Assembly: GCA_052426225.1 (NCBI GenBank)
Contig: JBNJNM010000021.1
Span: 3,224,001 to 3,288,000, forward strand
Direction of reading: 5' to 3'
Source of the DNA: Zancudomyces culisetae HAW-14-8
Lineage: Eukaryota > Fungi > Kickxellomycota
Length of the DNA: 64,000 nt
Position 1 is the first letter of the stretch. Every line of letters begins with the position of its first letter. The position numbers and the translations under genes were made by a program. Under the pieces are notes generated by a model, which saw nothing but the letters and a program-made list of their open reading frames with translations, did not search any database and was not told the DNA's origin. Below are positions 13,127-25,068 of this stretch, piece after piece.

Positions 13127-14446
13127 TCACGCTGGCGAATCAGCTGGAGTAGTAGGTGGTTTGAGTCGAGCATTTAACGTTTTGCTGTGATACCTCTCAA
13201 AGATAGAGTAAACAGAATCATGAGTTGACACGCTTAACCCGCTGCTGTGGCTATTTACCCTCTTGATCTCTGCATAAGCCTCGCTCTTAACGCTATTTAA
13301 TAATTTTACATACTCCTCCAGGGATATTTCCTTAAATATGGAAGTTTTGTCATCAGGACCAGGCTCTGGTTGTAGCTTATCTATACACCTATACTTAGAG
13401 ATCTTTTTACCAACCAACATTTTCAAAATATTGTAAACCTCGTGTAGTGTAAGTAAAGTTGTTTGGTTGCATTTAATCTGCTGCTTGTTACATTCAGAAG
13501 AGAAACGTCTTTTAGATTGTTCAATACCAATAGTCTGGTAATTGCTAAGCATCCAGTTGACACATATGAGACTTTGAACCTCCACAGTATCGCTTCTCAA
13601 ATTTTCACCAGAAACAGATAAAATCCCTGTATTTTGCACTGTCTGTTGATTGATTGGTTGTCCTGTAGCTACGACTTTGCTGGTATCTATGTGCAAAGTG
13701 TACTTTTTCTCCCACCACGACTTTTCATGTATGCATGGTTGTTGAAATCTGGTACTCAAAGAGTTCATTAAATGCTCGGGGATTTCCGTGCTGTTGGCCA
13801 TCTTTAACTCCGGATCAACCATTCCTCTCGCTTTATTTCTCTCATATCTTTGTTTTCTGTCACAATCAACAAATATCTGCATAAAAATATAACCGTTACT
13901 CTGGGCTCTTTTATAGTAGCTTTTTCGCATAGAGTAGTACTGAAATACATCGTCAACAAGGAATACCAAAATATTCCGCGCTTTTGAATCAAATTCAGCA
14001 AAGTCTTCTCCTAGTTCCGCGTTTCTCGCATTTATATCGTTAAAAATATGGTTCATAAGTTGATCCCTATCATTTTTATACCCCTTATTCGCCAATTTTC
14101 CAATAGTGTCTTTTCGAGATTCCGTTGTGATCAGATTTTCCGTTTGGTCGGCCTTGTTTGCACTGGGTTTGATCCAATTAGGCAAAAGCTCGTCAAAGTT
14201 GTAGACGTGGCAACTCAAATGAAAATCTGTTACTTTTGAAGATAAGGTAAGTGCAGCATTGCCTAGATCAGTATCCGGTTCCGGAATATTACATGATTGG
14301 TCAGAGTTACAACCATTCTTTCTTCGATCGGATACTTTTTGCCCTTTTAAAATAGAAATACAATGTTGAATTTCTTTGGAAAGCGTGGTCTTTCCTGCAC
14401 CTGGCTGGCCAAAAACCAAGACTACTAGTACTGTATTTGTACCCAT
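13127..14446 (-). CDS. PSTK: L-seryl-tRNA(Sec) kinase (O-phosphoseryl-tRNA(Sec) kinase)
   Basis: N-terminal P-loop GQPGAGKT, then LVDDVFQYYSMRKSYY...FMQIFVDC...RNKAR...RFQQP...WWEK, paralleling metazoan PSTK (DDNFYYxSMR...FCQLFLDC...RNxxR...LEKP...WE) rather than Kti12 (DSLNYIKGFRY). Confidence 0.85.
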   Translation of the reverse strand: MGTNTVLVVLVFGQPGAGKTTLSKEIQHCISILKGQKVSDRRKNGCNSDQSCNIPEPDTDLGNAALTLSSKVTDFHLSCHVYNFDELLPNWIKPSANKADQTENLITTESRKDTIGKLANKGYKNDRDQLMNHIFNDINARNAELGEDFAEFDSKARNILVFLVDDVFQYYSMRKSYYKRAQSNGYIFMQIFVDCDRKQRYERNKARGMVDPELKMANSTEIPEHLMNSLSTRFQQPCIHEKSWWEKKYTLHIDTSKVVATGQPINQQTVQNTGILSVSGENLRSDTVEVQSLICVNWMLSNYQTIGIEQSKRRFSSECNKQQIKCNQTTLLTLHEVYNILKMLVGKKISKYRCIDKLQPEPGPDDKTSIFKEISLEEYVKLLNSVKSEAYAEIKRVNSHSSGLSVSTHDSVYSIFERYHSKTLNARLKPPTTPADSPA

Positions 14447-15146
14447 AAGTTAAGAGCCAGATAGGACATTTTCTAAATCAAGAATCAGAACAAGATTGAA
14501 ACAAACAGAGATTGAACTATTTTCTACTGGTATTTTTCACTTTTATGTCTGTTCTAGAAAAATGGGAACATCCAGGAAGGAACTAAATATCCCCAAAATA
14601 AAATTACTAATGCCCTTAAAGTCGCTGAAATTATGCCAACAAAACAATTCCCATCAAGGATTAACAGCAATGTTCTAAACGCATACTCTGGAATTTTGTT
14701 GAGTAAAAAGCGTCCCTCCAGTGGAGGATGTATTCAAACTAGCCAATACTCTGGTTAGCTGTATCAAATGAGCCACACTTAACAGTGCCTATGCTATCCC
14801 TGTAAAATTCCCTCCATCTAGGTTCTGATCCACTAAAGTTGAGAATAATTGTGTTTTTTTCTTCTTTTTTTGGCTTTCTAGCACATTCCAAGTGAGATCC
14901 TATGACTGGGTTTATAATATTACTAATCCGGAAATAAACCGTTTGCATCGAATCGAATTGAGGCCATTTTATTATTTCACCAAAAAGAAAGAAAAATTTT
15001 TTTTCCATTTATTTAGAGCTATTCAAGCCTAAAATTTGTGTAAGAAAAAAGTAATAGCGAGTAAGCTAAGAATTAAATGTTTTAGCGACATAAATAACAT
15101 TGAAAGCAGTACGGAATCCTCTGTAAAAGAAAAAAGATTAGACATC

Positions 15147-16532
15147 ATGGAGAAACACGACATTGATAAGGCAGATTCGCCCAACAAAAGACAAAAAAAC
15201 GACGGACCGCTGTTTGTCACTCTAGACGATGAGACACCAGTTACAACAATCGAAAGTGTATGCATGGGTTGCTATAAAAATGGAACCACTAGATTAATGT
15301 TGACAAAGGTACCACATTTCAAGGAAGTAATTGTCTCCTCCTTTTTTTGCCCTCATTGTGGTTATACCAACAACGAGGTCCAATCTGCAGAGGCAATCCA
15401 AGAGAAGGGCCAGGAATGGAAATGCAAAATCCAAGTACCAGCAGACATGAACAGGCAGATCGTGCGGAATTTCTCGGCAACAGTAAGAATAGAAGAACTC
15501 GATATGGAACTTCCACCAATTAAAAGCACCAGACTTACAACAGTGGAGGGTTTACTATCTGGAATTATCCAGGATTTGGAAGGCGATCAACCTGCCAGAA
15601 GAGAGCAATCTATTGAGATATACAATGCGATTGAAAATATAATTGCAAAGCTTAAAAGTTACCTCAGGAACGAGGAGCCATTCCTGCTAACCATAAATGA
15701 TCCGAGCGGTAACAGCTATATTGAATCGCTTCAGCCTCCAAATCTTGACCCCAGTCTAAGCATGAGAGTTTATCAGAGAACTCGCGAGCAAGAAATACAA
15801 CTGGGTATGGTGTCTGATGAAGCTGAAGAGGATTCTTCAAAACCAGAACAAATGGATACAATCAAAGAAGAGGACGAAGAAATGAAGCCAGTGAACGAGG
15901 AAGTTGGTGCAGAAGAGGTTATCACATTCCATACCAACTGCCACATTTGTAATGCGCCATGCGAAACGCATATGAAGCAAGTCGACATTCCACACTTTAA
16001 AAACGTGATTATCATGGCAACTAACTGTGATGGCTGTGGATATAAATCAAATGAAGTTAAATCCGGAGGTGCAATCGCAGACAAGGGAACCAAAATAACT
16101 CTAAAATTGGTTTGTGAAGAAGATCTTTCGCGTGACATTCTAAAGTCAGAAACTTGTGCTCTTTCGATTCCTGAAATAAACCTGCACCTCACCCTGGGTA
16201 CTTTAGGAGGGCGTTTCACAACAGTTGAAGGGCTACTTCGCCAGGTTTATGATGACTTGGATAGGGAGACTCCGTTTTCTAGCGGCGACTCTGCAGTGCA
16301 AGAAAGACGCGAAAAGTTTCGAGGTTTTTTGCAACAGTTGGATGATCTCATTGAGGGTAAATCCTTTCCATTCAATCTGATCCTTGACGATCCCGCCAGT
16401 AACAGCTATCTTCAAAATCTGTATGCCCCAGACAATGATCCAAACATGACCATTGAGACCTACGCTCGTAATGCTGAGCAAAACGAGAGCCTGGGTTTAG
16501 ATACCATTAATGTGGATCACTATGCTGAGTAG
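15147..16532 (+). CDS. ZPR1: Zinc finger protein ZPR1
   Basis: Two CxxC...CxxC zinc-finger/A-B modules, PHFKEVI and TTVEGLL x2, DPSGNSYIE. First ATG is at 15147; the track start is a TTG. Confidence 0.97.
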   Translation: MEKHDIDKADSPNKRQKNDGPLFVTLDDETPVTTIESVCMGCYKNGTTRLMLTKVPHFKEVIVSSFFCPHCGYTNNEVQSAEAIQEKGQEWKCKIQVPADMNRQIVRNFSATVRIEELDMELPPIKSTRLTTVEGLLSGIIQDLEGDQPARREQSIEIYNAIENIIAKLKSYLRNEEPFLLTINDPSGNSYIESLQPPNLDPSLSMRVYQRTREQEIQLGMVSDEAEEDSSKPEQMDTIKEEDEEMKPVNEEVGAEEVITFHTNCHICNAPCETHMKQVDIPHFKNVIIMATNCDGCGYKSNEVKSGGAIADKGTKITLKLVCEEDLSRDILKSETCALSIPEINLHLTLGTLGGRFTTVEGLLRQVYDDLDRETPFSSGDSAVQERREKFRGFLQQLDDLIEGKSFPFNLILDDPASNSYLQNLYAPDNDPNMTIETYARNAEQNESLGLDTINVDHYAE

Positions 16533-16660
16533 TTTGTCTAGCAGTTGGTGACTTTCCTCAATGTACATTGGTTTATATATTATCTTTTTTCTTGAAAATA
16601 AAAAGTTATAAAGCCCTAGGCAGCTTTCTTTATTTCAAAATTCGGAAATCACAACCCACT

Positions 16661-16748
16661 GCAGGTTGGTAACAGTTAAGCTTTTCCGTTGCTTGGGAAA
16701 GGCACTGTGCAATTGATGAAGTCTGACCCAAGGACCCGCCTGTTTTTT
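16661..16748 (+). ncRNA. Candidate small structured RNA (unassigned)
   Basis: GC-richer island with nested inverted repeats GCAGGTTGGT/ACCCGCCTGT, ACAGT/ACTGT and GCTTTTCC/GGAAAGGC, followed by T6. No family recognised. Confidence 0.25.
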
Positions 16749-17830
16749 ATTTTTGACCATTTGTTAATAAATCCGTTATAAAATAACCTAAAAAAATTCG
16801 GTAAATAAGATTGGTGTTAGGGAAAAAAAATTTTTAGTAGTCAACAAATGCAAAATTGAAAAGCAATTTTTTTTTTACTGGAATGTTTGTGCGGGATATG
16901 ATGCTCTTTTGGTTTTTACTTGACAGATTTTTCTAGCTTATTTTCCCTTGTTCTGGGAGGTGAAGTGGGTATTAATCTAGATTTTTATTGTTTTTGCTAC
17001 AATAACCACTTACAAGCTGTGCTTGCTGAAAAAAAAATAAGGATCGTTCTTACAAGAGATTTCTGGTATCCTGCGTTATTTCTTGTTGACTACTCACTCT
17101 ATGAATGATTTCGCTTTTTACTTGCAGTTTTTGGTAACATGACAGCCAAAGCTTGAACTATTGCATCTATTCCCATAGTTTTTCAACATGGCTTTGCAAA
17201 AATAAAACAAAAAAAGAAACAATGGTAATTAGGGGGAGAAAAAAATCAGAGGCAACATTATCAGCAAATAGAGCAGTGCGATAGATTATTGGTGTATTTA
17301 AATTAGCAGCAAACAAAAAACAAAAAAGGGCGGTATTAGTGGGTAAATGCAAACGGACTTTATAGTTTGTGCAAACACAATTTCCATTATCCAAAAAAAC
17401 AGCCAAAGGGTATAAAAAAATTGCAAATACTCTTTTTTTGCATTAATTGCTCTTATAGTTTTTGCTTGCCTGTTCTTTTTTTTAATAAAATATACTTTAC
17501 ACAGTAGATTGAAAAACATCAACGAAATTACAACACTTGAGAGTTTTAGAATTTACTAGAGTAATTTCTACTTGAATTTTTAGTTGGACCAACATAAGGT
17601 ATGGAAAAAGCGACACAATATTTATATTTTTTTTACATTCTTTTCAATTTGGTGAAGTAGTTGTTTGAATTGATGGATTGGTGATGCACAAGCGTGTTTA
17701 TAGATGAACGATTCAGAAGTGGTGATTTCGTGTCTTTTTTTTTACATCTCTACTGTCTCCAATAGTAGCCAATATACAAAGGATTAATAATGTTTTGATG
17801 ATAAATTAGAAATAGTAAACAAGATTAAAA

Positions 17831-18900
17831 ATGGAAATTGGGGAGGTGAACATTGAGACATTGGATTCATGGATTGCACAATTGTTCGAGTGTAAGCAGA
17901 TTTCCGAGACAAATGTTAAGAGACTATGTGAAAAGGTAAGATCATCTGTCCAACATAGCAATAATAATTATCATTATCATTATTATGAATGTTTTAGTAA
18001 ATAGTAAGAATGGGTCTTGTTTATCTAAAACGTGTTTTTTAAAAAAATCATTCAAACTATAAATAAAAATAGGCAAGGGAAGTCTTGATGAAGGAAAGCA
18101 ACGTACAGCCAGTTAGATGCCCCGTTACGGTATGTGGAGACATTCATGGACAGTTCCATGACTTGGTAGAGCTGTTTAAAATAGGTGGAAACTTGCCTGA
18201 TACAAACTACCTGTTTATGGGAGATTACGTAGATCGGGGATACTATAGCGTGGAAACAGTCACACTTTTGGTGGCAATGAAAATAAGATACCCCGAGAGA
18301 ATCACAATATTGCGTGGAAACCACGAAAGTAGACAAATTACACAGGTATATGGCTTCTATGATGAGTGTTTGAGGAAGTATGGAAATGCAGAGGTCTGGA
18401 AGAACTTTACTGATCTTTTTGATTATTTTCCAATAACTGCGCTCATTGAAGAACAAATATTCTGTCTGCACGGCGGTCTTTCACCTTCAATAAATTCGTT
18501 AGATCATATTAGAGCATTAGATAGAGTGCAAGAAGTGCCTCATGATGGTCCTATGTGTGATCTGGTTTGGTCAGACCCCGATGATCGCTGTGGTTGGGGG
18601 ATCTCGCCGAGAGGTGCAGGATACACATTTGGCCAAGACATTTCCGAGGTTTTCAACCACGAAAACGGCCTGACTTTGATAGCAAGAGCCCATCAGTTGG
18701 TTATGGAGGGCTACAACTGGTGCCAAGACAAAAACGTGGTTACAATATTTAGTGCACCAAACTATTGCTATAGATGTGGAAATCAGGCTGCGATAATGGA
18801 AATAGACGAAAACATGAAATATACTTTCCTGCAGTTTGATCCTGCACCAAGAAGAGGCGAGCCTCATGTATCAAGACGCACACCCGACTATTTTCTTTGA
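17831..18900 (+). CDS. PPH21: Ser/Thr protein phosphatase 2A catalytic subunit. Exons 17831-17935, 18073-18900
   Basis: [28 protein letters not shown] and C-terminal TPDYFL. Exon 1 is MEIGEV...KRLCEK spliced to [12 protein letters not shown]. Confidence 0.97.
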
Positions 18901-19433
18901 ACGCTTTTCCCTCCTCCCTTTTCTTTTCCCCTTTATCTATTCACTATTAACCAATATTTCTTTTACACTTGATGCTTTCAGCTTTACAGCATTTATTTAT
19001 TTGTTACTATAACCTAAAGATTAGGCCATAACACACCCTTTAACCTAAATGGTTTTATGTATCACTTTTTTTTCTATTAACTAAATCTGCACTGAACTAA
19101 ACTCAAATAAAAAATAAAACAAACTTGCTAAAGCCAAGTAAGTGAGACATGGGTTGGTTTTCAAATATGCTAGCACCATGTTAGCGTCATGATTAACACC
19201 TTACACAGCACCTATCACACAACAAGAGATCAATAAAAACTTCAAGAGGATTCCAAACGAAGAAAGTGTGTTTGTATCTGGTTCCTGTTCAGATAACCCC
19301 GTTTTTCAGCTGGTGATCGCGTTGTCAGCTACATCAATTGTCTGATATTTAAAGTCCACCGCTACCATTTACTTTTTAGGTGCACTGTACCAAAATAGAG
19401 TGCACGTTTGTTACAGATGTGTGTATTTTTCAC

Positions 19434-19457
19434 GGGGGAGGGGGGGGGGGGGGGGGG
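19434..19457. repeat. Poly-G tract (a similar tract lies at ~45694-45712)
   Basis: Long G homopolymer in AT-rich intergenic DNA. Confidence 0.8.
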
Positions 19458-20984
19458 CTGATAGAGAAAGTATGTGTGTACATGACCAATGCTACTCGGC
19501 TCCGTTTCCAATTCTCCATCTAAAAATCTACTCTAGTTCTTTTTTTTTTACTACCATAAAGATATTAGACCACATAAAACGCTAAGAAAAAAATATCCCG
19601 AAACAATACTCTTCTATCCAATCTCTCTTCATCACGCTAGATACTCCATATCCACATGGCTTTGATTCAAGGATTATTTTTTTTGCTCACTTTTTATCCC
19701 TGATTAATTTTGTGCAGTACAATCAATACTATACACCCCATTTTGCTCTCCACAATCTTAATAAAAATAGGCCACATCAAAACAATCAAAGTTCAATGCA
19801 TAGGGTGGTGTCTTTTTTTTAGCACCTTGTACTAATTGTCACTAGTAGGAACCTCCATTTAAGTAGATAAAGTGGTTATGCTCTTAAAAGTACCTGGGGA
19901 GCAAGTATATGGAACAAAACCCGATATGTGGCATTTTATCGATACAAAACTTATTCTTAGTTCCAATATCATGGATATATCTTTGGTCCCTACAACACTA
20001 TTTTAATTTAAAAATGAAAAAAATATGCAGTCACTGCCAATATCAAAACGCTCTTATTTGCAAAACAAATCTCGTTTTGCCATGCAAGGTGTTGCACATT
20101 CGCCTGTATTGCAATAAATGCTAACCATAAACAAAATCATGTTGGAGGCTATTTAATTCCTATCTAAAATACCACGCTATATCTTGCCTCCATATAAAGC
20201 TGAGACTAATTTATAGTCCAACGAACGAGTTTGGTAGCTATATTGGATTTGCATTTGCTTATTTTTTTAATTTGTTTTTTTTTTTTGGCAAGATTTTTTC
20301 TGGTGTTGTTTTCTACCAATAGGCGCAGGTGAGGATCAAGAACATAATTCTAAATATATCACGTTGAAGCCGGCTACAGCTTGATTATCAATACTTTTGT
20401 TTTTTATATTTCAATGAACGCGAGTTTTTTTACATGCCAATGCCCTTTGTGTTTTTTTTTATGGAGGAAGAGCTGACATTTAAACATTTTGTCTTCCAAC
20501 CAACACCTAACATACTTCATCTGCGAATAACCAAAATAAAAGCGTTTAGCAAATATCCATTGTGAGCTCTAGCACAGAATATTGACATCTAAAACCAAGT
20601 TACCATGCACACACATGTTTATACTGTTATTTTAAGCAACAATACTTTGGTTTATTTTTGTTGTTATTGATAATATTCAATTGTTTAATTTTTTATTTAA
20701 AAAAACGTAAATACTGGTTTGAGGGTTGTCTACCTCCTTCCTACCCCCTCACTTTTGTGCTAACCACTTATCTACACATTCAAATGTTTACAATGATGAA
20801 ATGCTTTTATTCCACTTTACTACATCTTTAACATAAATATAGTTTCCCTGCAAAATGCCAATATTGTCCATTTCCATTTCATTTTTATAAAATCTGCTAT
20901 TTATCTTATTATACTTTTAGCAAAATATTTATTGATAACAAACTACTGTAATATCCCTACTTTTTATACAAAAGGCAATAAGAA

Positions 20985-22147
20985 ATGTTTTTCAGAACAC
21001 TACTACTGTTACCAGTGTTAGCGAGCGCGCAGGTTTTTGATTCTAAACCCGTGAGATACTTTTTAAAAGCAAACACCTTTGATAATACGGTAGGCGTTTG
21101 TGTGGCAGTGGCAGTATCCAGAAATGTTCTTCTTACAACTGCTGACTGTGTGACTGCATCTCACCAAAAGAGTCTGTTGAATACCACACAAATCGTTTTT
21201 GGAACGGGTAATCCTGCAAGTGATATTTCTTCAATAAGTGGCGATCCAGGCAGTTTGACAAGCCTTTACTCTACTGGTGGTTACAGTCCTTCAAAGGTTA
21301 TGGCACACGAGAATTATAACCCCTTGACAAAAAGTGTAAGTAAAAAATATCTGTATATTTGTATATGTGAGTAGTTTCTTTTTGTGGAGTTATATTCCAA
21401 AAGCATTGCTTCATCTTTTGTGTTTCATGCTGTTTACTTACATGGCTATATGCTGGCCTCTTTTCCTTCTAAAAAAAATTATAGGATAATATAGCACTCA
21501 TGTTTATTGATGGGGCTGGTGTTAGCACATTTTACAAGATACCAAGCACTATACCAGGAGAGAATGTAAGAGTTGGTGCGGGCGGATACGGCCAGCTAAC
21601 ATCTTCTGGTACAACCCCAGCTGCAAGTTTTGTAAGCGGCGAATTGACAATTCTCTCACAATCAGCATGCGGAAAGCTGTGGACGCCTTACAAAGACAAT
21701 GGCGACAGAATCGTTTGTGCATCCTCGTCATCCGACTTTTGCAATATGGATGGTGTTATGTTTGGAATCGACCGCACAACTAAAACTCAGTATTTGATAG
21801 GTCTCGGAAATTTTATCGGATCACCAGGACAGTCAACAGGTGGTTCATGTAAAGTCAAGAAATCTGCCATTTTCTTTACTCTACCGCAATTCTATGCCGA
21901 TTGGATATTCCAGAATGCTGGTTTGGCCAAGGCTTCGTTCTATACTACAAGCCCCATTTCTCTTCCTGCAGAGTCGCAAACGTCCAGTGTCACAAAAAGC
22001 GCTCCGGCCACTACCAGCAGCCCAGTAGAGGTCAAAAAGAACATCACATCATCAAGCAACTCTCCAAAAAGTACAAAGCTTACAGGGGTTTTTGTACATT
22101 TGTTTGTTGTCCTGGTGAGTTCGCTAATCCTTGCGCACCGTCTCTGA
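20985..22147 (+). CDS. Secreted/GPI-type trypsin-fold (S1) pseudo-protease. Exons 20985-21335, 21485-22147
   Basis: Signal peptide; C..VAVS.NVLLTTADCV, HENYNP..DNIAL, GGYG, C...W....IVCA, DFC, LIGLGNF; S/T-rich stalk; hydrophobic C-terminus. Intron GTAAGT..TAG keeps frame. Confidence 0.8.
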
Positions 22148-24552
22148 GAAATTAAGGTTTACTTTGGAACGTTATTCTTTGAAGAACACTAATTATAACT
22201 ACATTTGATAATATAGACTTATACGTCCTTTAGAGTGTGATGTTTTGTGTTTTTTTATTTCTAACTGTTTTATGTAAAGTAAACATTCTATTAGTGTTTT
22301 TTCTAATAAATACGATGTACTATTATCCCCATTTAGAAGGAAGGCGTGGTGTACAGTATTTACACGTTTTAGGATGTGTCTGTATGTTCAGATACACGGA
22401 ATTTTGTCTATACATCAAGCTCATACTATTCATTTTCTTTCTATCTTTTAGTAACCGTAAAAAAATAGCGGTTTAAACAGCAACAAGTTGAAGTGGGAAA
22501 TAAATGTATTAATCCCTTGCTCTCAAAGGAGTGAAAGTTGCATTCACGTGGTTATGCCTGAAAAGTTAGCTGCCTAGCATATTATTCACCCAGCTAGAAC
22601 GTTATTTGGCTGCAATCTAGAAATTGTGATATCCATCCTCCAGTCAAAAAAATGTGTAAGAATATATGCAGCAAGCAATTCCAATCATATTTCATACTCT
22701 TCGCGTCCCCAAGCTTGACATTGTAGTTGTGTTTTATCTTTATTTTTTTTGAAAAAAGAAATGAAAAAATAGATGAGTTGGGTCTATAAACGGTGTACTA
22801 GCAGGTTTGGTGTCTCTAGTGGCTGATGTTTTCATTTAAGTGCTGCAACCCTGCTAATACGATTGTAGGTCCAGTAGTTAAAATTCAAAGATTTTCAAAC
22901 TCTAGAACACAGCTAATTTTTTGCTAAAAAAAAATTGTGACTTTGTGTCAAAAGTCTGGAATTTAAATGCGAAAAAAAATACACTTTAATCCCAATTCTA
23001 ACATTAACACTAATAACAGCAAAAACTAAAAAACGAAACGATGGGTCTGTTGATTGTCTCTGCCCTATTTATTTTTACGGCCATAATTTGTTACCTAACC
23101 TGGACCACTACTGAAAAGCTAAAGCAACGGGAGTAAGTCTAATATAGATACCACATTTATTTCACTAAATTAAGAGCTCTTTCACGAATAACACTCGTGA
23201 AATGTATTATGTCAAATGAGTAATGGTAGCATCATATCGTCAAAGAAATCTAATTTAGCCTTGTTACTATTTGCCTAGATTGATAAGAACGATTATTATT
23301 CTGTCGGCTATAAGTATATATATGCTGTAAGTTCTATTTAAATATTTATTCTTTCATTAAACTTGCTTTCGATTAAACAAAAACAAGATATTGAAATTAG
23401 CCAGAGAATTACGCAATATTTGTAAAAGAACCGTTTTATCGATACATATCTCAGGAATTTTTACTGGGAATTATACAAATAATACTTTTAATCTCACTTA
23501 CAAGATTTGGTTTTTGAATTTATGTCTTTAGATGGTCAATTACCTACCTTGCACAACTGAATCCCTTAATAAGCCCAATAATACCAACCACTCATGGCTA
23601 ACCAGTTCTGATTGCCTGTGCATGATAAATCGATGATTCCAGACGATTAAGGGGTGCTAAGTATGAGAGGAAGCTTTGTTTTTGTATCATGCTTCTGCTT
23701 TTATGTATGTATCTACTCCTGCCCTTTCCTGTTTGACAAGATAAAGTACTAAAAACATGAACTAGAATATATTCTGTAACTTGTCTGTGATATTCAGTAA
23801 ATTGCTAAAATGGAGATTTAACTTTCCAGTTTTCTTTCAATTCCTTTTTTATATAAATGCTAATATAAAGCACATTCACACCCATTTGTTTCAATTATAA
23901 CCAAACTTATATGGTCGATATATTGCGGCTATACTCGGTTTTTTTTTTACAAGAAGAGAATTGTGTGGTTCTCAATGTGGCTGGCAAGAGTTGGGTGGTT
24001 ATCTAAAATATACCTTCGTATACAGTCATAAAGCTTAGGCCTTGGTACCATTACTTCCCAACAGTCAAAAAATGTAGTAGAAGCTAATGCTTTATAGGGG
24101 TTCATATCACGAGTGGTTTCATAACCCTAAACTGAATTTTATTTCTCAGATGCTACTTTCAATACCAAAACGTGTACATCTATGATACTAAGAACAAGCT
24201 TAGCATTTGAGGAATAATCGGTTTGGTGTGGCATAACACATGTGCTTTATGAGCCACAAACCCCAGCAGGCACTACTTCAAAAGAAAGAGTGGGAAGGAA
24301 GCGAAGGAAAAGGGTGAGGTCAATGGATTAATATAATATCATATGTTTATATATAAATATATAGATACGTTTAAACAAAAGAAATGAAAAATCCGTGATA
24401 ATTTAAAACTATGGTGCACATTTAAACATAAAGGCTGTGTTGTTGTAAAACCCGTGAAACGAAAAGAACAAACTCAAGAAAGATAAAAAAAGATAAAACA
24501 AAGCTACCCATTAAAAAAAGGGGTGGGCGCCACTTCTATATATACTCGCAGT

Positions 24553-25068
24553 TTATTCGCGGAATCTTCTTTCTCTAGGATTGGAATCGAGATCCTGTCT
24601 GCCTCGGTTTGAGTTATCTTGGCGGCGCTCGCTGAAGAATGAATTTTTTTTAGAACCTGCTGAATCGTTAGACGCATAATCAACTCTAAGGGTTCTTCCC
24701 ATATAGTCAAGACCTGAAACTTTTTGAATAACTCTGCTGACAAGTTTTTCGGCTTCTTGGATTTCTTGGTCGGTTGGGATCACAATCTTTGGAGTTCCAT
24801 CTTCATTTGGTGTTGGGCGCTCACCGACTATAAAACTTACAAATCCGTAACCCTTGTGGTTGCCATCAGGACCTTTGGGCATGTGGATCTTATCGATCTT
24901 TCCGAAATTGCCAAAGCATTCTTGAAGGTGGGTTTCGTTAGAGACATATGGGATATTTCCAACAAAAAGTGTTCTGACACAGAAGTTTCTGGCCTGGTTT
25001 GTCAAAGCTGGACAGTTTCTGGTGGCTCTGGTGGCTCTGAGCAGATTGCTGGTAATTCTCATTGACAT
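24553..25068 (-). CDS. Single-RRM RNA-binding protein with probable mitochondrial presequence
   Basis: RNP2 LFVGNI, RNP1 KGYGFVSF, GRTLRVDYA. Arg-rich, acid-free N-terminus MSMRITSNLLRATRATR. ATG at 25068. Confidence 0.88.
   Translation of the reverse strand: MSMRITSNLLRATRATRNCPALTNQARNFCVRTLFVGNIPYVSNETHLQECFGNFGKIDKIHMPKGPDGNHKGYGFVSFIVGERPTPNEDGTPKIVIPTDQEIQEAEKLVSRVIQKVSGLDYMGRTLRVDYASNDSAGSKKNSFFSERRQDNSNRGRQDLDSNPRERRFRE

Noticed and set aside
16661-16742. Resemblance to a cobalamin riboswitch (GCAGGT..GGGAAAGGC..ACTGT..AAGTC..GACCCGCC) or, on the minus strand, to tRNA-Sec (GGGTCAGACTTCA)
   Set aside because: The core AAxxGGGAA/GGTG-AA-TCC junction is missing and the motif order is wrong. 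No anticodon stem or T-arm forms. Kept only as an unassigned structure.
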